The position numbers and the translations under genes were made by a program. A DNA stretch of 64,000 nt. Origin: Candidatus Delongbacteria bacterium. GTDB lineage: Bacteria > CAIWAD01. Where the stretch lies: the NCBI GenBank assembly GCA_963663545.1, contig OY760505.1:1984001-2048000 (forward strand), written 5' to 3'. Of this stretch, positions 59,775 to 64,000 are shown in pieces (position 1 is the first letter of the stretch; every line of letters begins with the position of its first letter). Below the pieces are notes generated by a model. The model made no database searches. It was not told the DNA's origin and was given only the letters and a program-made list of their open reading frames with translations.

Positions 59775-59813
59775 GTAACGGCATCCTGACAGGAAATGAA
59801 CATAAGCTGAACA
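59775..59813 (+). promoter_or_regulatory. OmpR/PhoB-type direct repeat array (Pho-box-like)
   Basis: GTAACG, CTGACA, TGAACA, TGAACA starting at 59775, 59786, 59797, 59808 (11-bp period). Confidence 0.45.
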
Positions 59814-59860
59814 GACCAACCTGAGCTTGTCGTGCTGTAGTGGGAAGCACCGGAGGACGG

Positions 59861-61006
59861 ATGAAGACTTGGCCGAGCCTGCTGTTTTTGCTGTTGCTGA
59901 TACACTCGGCGCAGGCTCAATTCACGCTGGCATATCCGAAGGGCAGAATGGAGTTGGAGGGCTGGCTGCGCGTTGCCTGGAACCATCGCTTTTATGCCGA
60001 CGATGACACGGATTCGGATTATGCCCATAATCGCATATATGTACAGCGTGCAAGCTTGAAAGCTTCGGGCATCATGTACACGCGTTTCGAGTACGAGATG
60101 AACTTGGAACTACGCGGCTATAACGGGCTTGAGCGCGAGACGGGCCACGAGGACGATCACACAGGCTTTTCGGCGCGCGACCTTTACATCGGCTGGCGAC
60201 CCGACAACCGGCTGAGTATTCGCCTGGGTCAGATGAAAGTACCCTTCAGTCGCAAGCGCATGCTTCCGCTTTATCTGCAGAGCACGATCAGTCGGCCGGA
60301 TCTGGCGGACGGTTTTGTGCCGGGCAGGGATCGCGGTCTGCTGCTGCGCGCGCGCGACGCCCGTAGACGGTTTACGGCGTATGCGGGTGTTTTCACCGGC
60401 AACGGTGACAATCGCAAGTACAACGATCGTAAGGGCCGCTACCTGCTGGCGGGACGCGTGGAGATTCAACCCTTCGGCTTCATTGGCAAGGACGAGGGCG
60501 ATTTGGATCACAGCCCGCGACCCCTACTGCTAATGGGAGCAAATGTGGCGCAGTCCCACGATGATCGCGCCACAGAGGAGGAACAGGCTGAGTATCTGCG
60601 CACAATTCCCGGACGAAAACGGGCCTATGGTGGCGATATCAGTCTGAAGCTTCGTGGCCTGTTTGTCACTGCGGAGTTTGATCATGCACGATTTGATCCG
60701 GAGGAGGGCGCCGACTTCGTTGCCGGTGGCTGGCTGACGCAGATCTCTTATGCCATCAAAGGCCTGCCGGGAATGCCAGAGGAGTTCGTGGTGGAGCCGC
60801 TGCTGGCCTACGACGAATTCAATCCAAGCAACAAGGTGGAAGATGTAACACAGCGTACGCTGACTTCGGGTATCAATTTCCTGCCCGAGGGCCACGGAAT
60901 GAAGGTGATGCTGAACTGGTATCACCGCCTGCCCTTGAGCAGCGCTCATGACGAGGGATGGAAAGAGGATGAAGTTCGCCTGCTGGTTCAATTGTGGATT
61001 CAATGA
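59861..61006 (+). CDS. Phosphate-selective porin (OprO/OprP-like)
   Basis: Signal peptide, RLGQMKVPFS, GRDRG, amphipathic beta strands, EGDL motif. Confidence 0.72.
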   Translation: MKTWPSLLFLLLLIHSAQAQFTLAYPKGRMELEGWLRVAWNHRFYADDDTDSDYAHNRIYVQRASLKASGIMYTRFEYEMNLELRGYNGLERETGHEDDHTGFSARDLYIGWRPDNRLSIRLGQMKVPFSRKRMLPLYLQSTISRPDLADGFVPGRDRGLLLRARDARRRFTAYAGVFTGNGDNRKYNDRKGRYLLAGRVEIQPFGFIGKDEGDLDHSPRPLLLMGANVAQSHDDRATEEEQAEYLRTIPGRKRAYGGDISLKLRGLFVTAEFDHARFDPEEGADFVAGGWLTQISYAIKGLPGMPEEFVVEPLLAYDEFNPSNKVEDVTQRTLTSGINFLPEGHGMKVMLNWYHRLPLSSAHDEGWKEDEVRLLVQLWIQ

Positions 61007-62010
61007 TGCGCGCAAACACCATGCATTTTGACGCCGGAATTTGTCTGCTTCTATTTGTGGCAATCTTCAGCGTTGGCTGTGTTACCGACGACCTAGATCC
61101 CATTGGTGGCGGTCCGGTACTCAACGAGTTTATGGCAGACAACGACGGTGTCATCGCCGACGAGTACGGCGGTTTCGACGATTGGGTGGAACTGTACAAC
61201 CCCACTTCCCAGGCCTTTTCGCTGAACGGAATGCGTATCACGGACAACATGGGTGACATAGCGCAGTTCAGTCTGCTGGCTCCGGATTCCATGCTAGGAC
61301 CGGGCGAGTTCTGCCTGGTCTGGTGTGACGGTGAACCGGAGCAGGGGCCATTTCATGCGCCTTTCAAACTGTCGGCAGGAGGCGAATCCATTGGGCTGAT
61401 CTCAGCAGACGGCGAAATCTGGTACGACCAGATCGCCTATGATGCTCAGCAGACCGATGTGTCACAAGGACGTACTCCTGACGGCTGTGATACGTGGCAA
61501 ACCTTTTCGTCACCAACGCCCGGATTACCCAACGATACGGTAATTGTCGATCACCCACACCCCGCGGGGAGCCTGGTGGTGAACGAGCTGATGTCTTCCA
61601 ATGTCAGCTGCTGCACCGACGAGTTTGGTGAGCACGCCGACTGGCTGGAGCTGTACAATGGCAGCGCTGAAGCGGTGCGGCTGAATGGTTTGTACTTCAG
61701 TGACACAGCTGGGAATCCCTTGCGCTTTCGTCTTCAGTTCGATCGCGACAGCCTGCTTGCTCCGGGTGAATTTCTTCTACTATGGTGCGACGAGCAGATG
61801 GCCCAGGGAGCCACGCACACCAACTTTGCTCTCTCTTCCAACGGCGAAGAGGTTCTGGTGACAGCGGCCGATGGAGAGACATTGTTGTGTCACGTCGAAT
61901 TTCCCGCGCTTGCCCAAGATCACAGCTATGCACGAATTACGGACGGTGATCCAAACTGGCTGGAGAACGCCTCTGCCACTCCTGGTGCGAGCAATGGAGG
62001 GGGGAATTAG
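61003..62010 (+). CDS. Lipoprotein with two lamin-tail domains (start 61003 or 61021)
   Basis: SVGC lipobox, two NE.MA/S.N...DW.ELYN...F.LS..GE...TPG..N repeats. Confidence 0.8.
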   Translation: MMRANTMHFDAGICLLLFVAIFSVGCVTDDLDPIGGGPVLNEFMADNDGVIADEYGGFDDWVELYNPTSQAFSLNGMRITDNMGDIAQFSLLAPDSMLGPGEFCLVWCDGEPEQGPFHAPFKLSAGGESIGLISADGEIWYDQIAYDAQQTDVSQGRTPDGCDTWQTFSSPTPGLPNDTVIVDHPHPAGSLVVNELMSSNVSCCTDEFGEHADWLELYNGSAEAVRLNGLYFSDTAGNPLRFRLQFDRDSLLAPGEFLLLWCDEQMAQGATHTNFALSSNGEEVLVTAADGETLLCHVEFPALAQDHSYARITDGDPNWLENASATPGASNGGGN

Positions 62011-62011
62011 C

Positions 62012-62743
62012 ATGCGTGTGTTTATGTGTATCACAGCGCTGTGCGCACTCTTCTGTTCTGCCTGTCAGCACGATGAGGAAACCGATTCGTTGCGATGGGA
62101 GCTGGCTGGCGAGTATCATATCACTGTTCCGGAGCCCTCCGGTCTGTGTCTGGATCAAGATGGTCAGCATCTATGGACCGTGAGCGACCATACCGGTCTT
62201 GTTTACCGTCTAAACCTTGACGGCAGTATCGAGCGCACACTGACCTGGGTTGGCGAAGACCTGGAGGGCGTGGCGTTGGATCCGCGTGACGGTAGTCTTT
62301 GGGTTTGCGAGGAGCGTCGTCGCCAGGTGATACACGTCAGCCGCGAGGGCACGGAGTTAGCGCGCTACAGCATGGACCTGCCGGGCGCGGCGAATTCCGG
62401 TATAGAAGGCATAGCATTGGATAGTGATGGTCGATGCTATATCTGCAGCGAGAAGCAACCGGGCCGTATTATGCGTTGGGTGCCTGGTGAGGCGGAAATG
62501 GAAAGCTGGGAGCCTGGGCTTCTGCGCGACTACTCGGGGCTCACAATTGCCGATGATGGCGGCCTGTGGGTGCTGAGTGACGAGTCGGAGCGCCTGGTAC
62601 TGCTTCGTGATACAAATCGGGTAGAGGCGGTAGTGGAGCTGAATCTGCCCACTCTTGAGGGAGTTGCTGTCAGCGGGAACGAGATGTGGTTGGTGGCTGA
62701 CGCAACATCGCGCATGTATCACATTCGATTGCTTGAGAACTGA
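62012..62743 (+). CDS. SdiA-regulated/YjiK-like beta-propeller lipoprotein
   Basis: CSAC lipobox, EPSGL, DLEGVA, NSGIEGIA, SDES. Confidence 0.72.
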   Translation: MRVFMCITALCALFCSACQHDEETDSLRWELAGEYHITVPEPSGLCLDQDGQHLWTVSDHTGLVYRLNLDGSIERTLTWVGEDLEGVALDPRDGSLWVCEERRRQVIHVSREGTELARYSMDLPGAANSGIEGIALDSDGRCYICSEKQPGRIMRWVPGEAEMESWEPGLLRDYSGLTIADDGGLWVLSDESERLVLLRDTNRVEAVVELNLPTLEGVAVSGNEMWLVADATSRMYHIRLLEN

Positions 62744-62773
62744 AACGTCGAGACTTTTGGAAAGGTTGGGACA

Positions 62774-63562
62774 ATGAAGAAGATGATTTTTGGAGCCGCA
62801 TTACTGGCGCTATCGGCGATGCCTTTGGTCGCGCAGACTTTGATGATCAATGAGTTCATGGCCGACAACGACAACATCATTCAGGACGATGCCGGCGATT
62901 TTGACGATTGGGTTGAGTTGTACAACTACGGCGATGAGGCGGTGGACATTGCGGGGTTGTGGTTCACTGACGGCGAAGAAGATCCCTGGCAGATTCCGTC
63001 CGGCAGCCCGGAGGTTACCACCGTTCAACCCCTGGGATTTATCCTGGTCTGGTTCGACAAAGACACAGAGCAGGGTCCGCTTCACGTAGATGCCAAACTG
63101 GCTCGCGAGGGTGAGTCCATTGTCATCTATCAGGAAGACGGCACGACAATTCTTACCGACTATGATTTCGAAGAGCAGGAAACCGATGTCTCCGAGGGGC
63201 GTGAGACGGATGGCGGGGAGGATTGGGTGCGCTTTGCAGAACCTACTCCGGGAGCCAGCAACGATGGAAACGCCGTATCACACCAATTGCAGCCTGTGAC
63301 ACATTCGCTACTGGCACTCTATCCCAATCCCTGCAATCCTTCGGCTACCATCGAGCTGAATCTTACTGAGGCGGGCCTTGCCACTATTCGGGTCTATGAT
63401 CTAGGCGGTCGCTTGCGCCAGCGCAAAGACCTGGGATACTTGGGCGTTGGTGTGTATCACACTCAGCTGCATCTCGGGGACGCCCTTCCCAGTGGTAATT
63501 ATCTGGTGGACGTCGCCATAGGCGCGTATCACCTGAACAGCAGATTGGTTCTATTGCGATAG
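62774..63562 (+). CDS. Secreted lamin-tail domain protein with Por-type CTD
   Basis: INEFMADN...DWVELYN, YPNPCNPS...SGNYLV...RLVLLR. Confidence 0.8.
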   Translation: MKKMIFGAALLALSAMPLVAQTLMINEFMADNDNIIQDDAGDFDDWVELYNYGDEAVDIAGLWFTDGEEDPWQIPSGSPEVTTVQPLGFILVWFDKDTEQGPLHVDAKLAREGESIVIYQEDGTTILTDYDFEEQETDVSEGRETDGGEDWVRFAEPTPGASNDGNAVSHQLQPVTHSLLALYPNPCNPSATIELNLTEAGLATIRVYDLGGRLRQRKDLGYLGVGVYHTQLHLGDALPSGNYLVDVAIGAYHLNSRLVLLR

Positions 63563-63592
63563 CGCGTTTGAGACGAAAAGAAGGAGACTCCC

Positions 63593-64000
63593 ATGCGCAA
63601 GCTGATGACCCTAAGCCTGCTTTTGTGCTCCACAACGGCTGTGCTGGCCGATGTGGTGATCAATGAGTTGTACTACAATCCGCCCACCTCGCAGGGCGAC
63701 GACGCCTATTATGAGTATTTGGAGTTGTACAACAGCGGTGATAGCGCGGTGGATATGTCCTCTTGGGCATTTACCACGGGTATCGAGCACACTTTCGCTA
63801 GCGGCACAAGCATTGCCGCTGGTGAGTTTCTCGTCCTGGCGCAGAACGCGGACTCGGTGATGAGTTTCTACGGCATCAGCGGTGTGATACAGTGGGATAG
63901 CGGCGGAATCAACAACAGTGGCGAGACACTCACTCTAGTAGACGACCTGGCAAATGAGATGGACAGTGTTACCTACGATGACGCATCGCCCTGGCCTACT
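63593..64000 (+). CDS. Secreted lamin-tail domain protein (3' truncated; absent from ORF track)
   Basis: AAGGAG RBS, MRKLMTLSLLLCSTTAVLADVVINELYYNP...EYLELYN...DSVTYDD.SPWP, open to the window end. Confidence 0.8.
   Translation, partial: MRKLMTLSLLLCSTTAVLADVVINELYYNPPTSQGDDAYYEYLELYNSGDSAVDMSSWAFTTGIEHTFASGTSIAAGEFLVLAQNADSVMSFYGISGVIQWDSGGINNSGETLTLVDDLANEMDSVTYDDASPWPT

Larger units (their letters stand above)
548..63971. repeat. Highly iterated dispersed motif GTGATAC/GTATCAC, family GTRWYAC
   Basis: About 101 core copies by hand count (about 53 GTGATAC, about 48 GTATCAC) plus roughly 70 GTGACAC/GTGTCAC, GTGTTAC/GTAACAC and GTAATAC/GTATTAC variants. Confidence 0.9.

Noticed and set aside
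1..64000. CRISPR arrays, tRNA/rRNA genes, IS elements
   Set aside because: No regularly spaced long repeats, cloverleafs, rRNA-like tracts or transposase ORFs were seen by eye.

Overview
Chromosomal window (roughly 57-58% GC by eye) from a diderm bacterium, probably an FCB-superphylum lineage. This is inferred from several secreted proteins ending in a 'YPNPFNP...KMVLLK' Por/FlgD-type C-terminal domain and from a PorZ-like propeller. Housekeeping genes include hutH, obgE, ssb, nnr, an smg-topA-xerC-hpf-hprK-PTS EIIA/EIIB operon, adenosine deaminase, recQ, an FMN-riboswitch-controlled ribD-ribE-ribBA-ribH operon, recN and dnaE. Accessory modules are an octaheme cytochrome c / cytochrome b / YeeE / YeeE-rhodanese sulfur cluster, a secreted lamin-tail/OB/PLD nuclease, a subclass B1 metallo-beta-lactamase, a PAS kinase with two response regulators, and a phosphate-porin / lamin-tail cluster behind a Pho-box-like array. 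I found no rRNA, tRNA, CRISPR array or mobile element. The strongest unexplained signal is not a gene. The heptamer GTGATAC/GTATCAC occurs about 100 times by hand count against about 6 expected, as part of a degenerate palindrome (Y)GTRWYAC(R) with about 170 copies. It is strand-symmetric, occurs in all reading frames and in intergenic DNA, and sometimes forms inverted pairs in terminator-like hairpins. This looks like a HIP1- or DNA-uptake-sequence-like genome-wide signal that I do not recognise.
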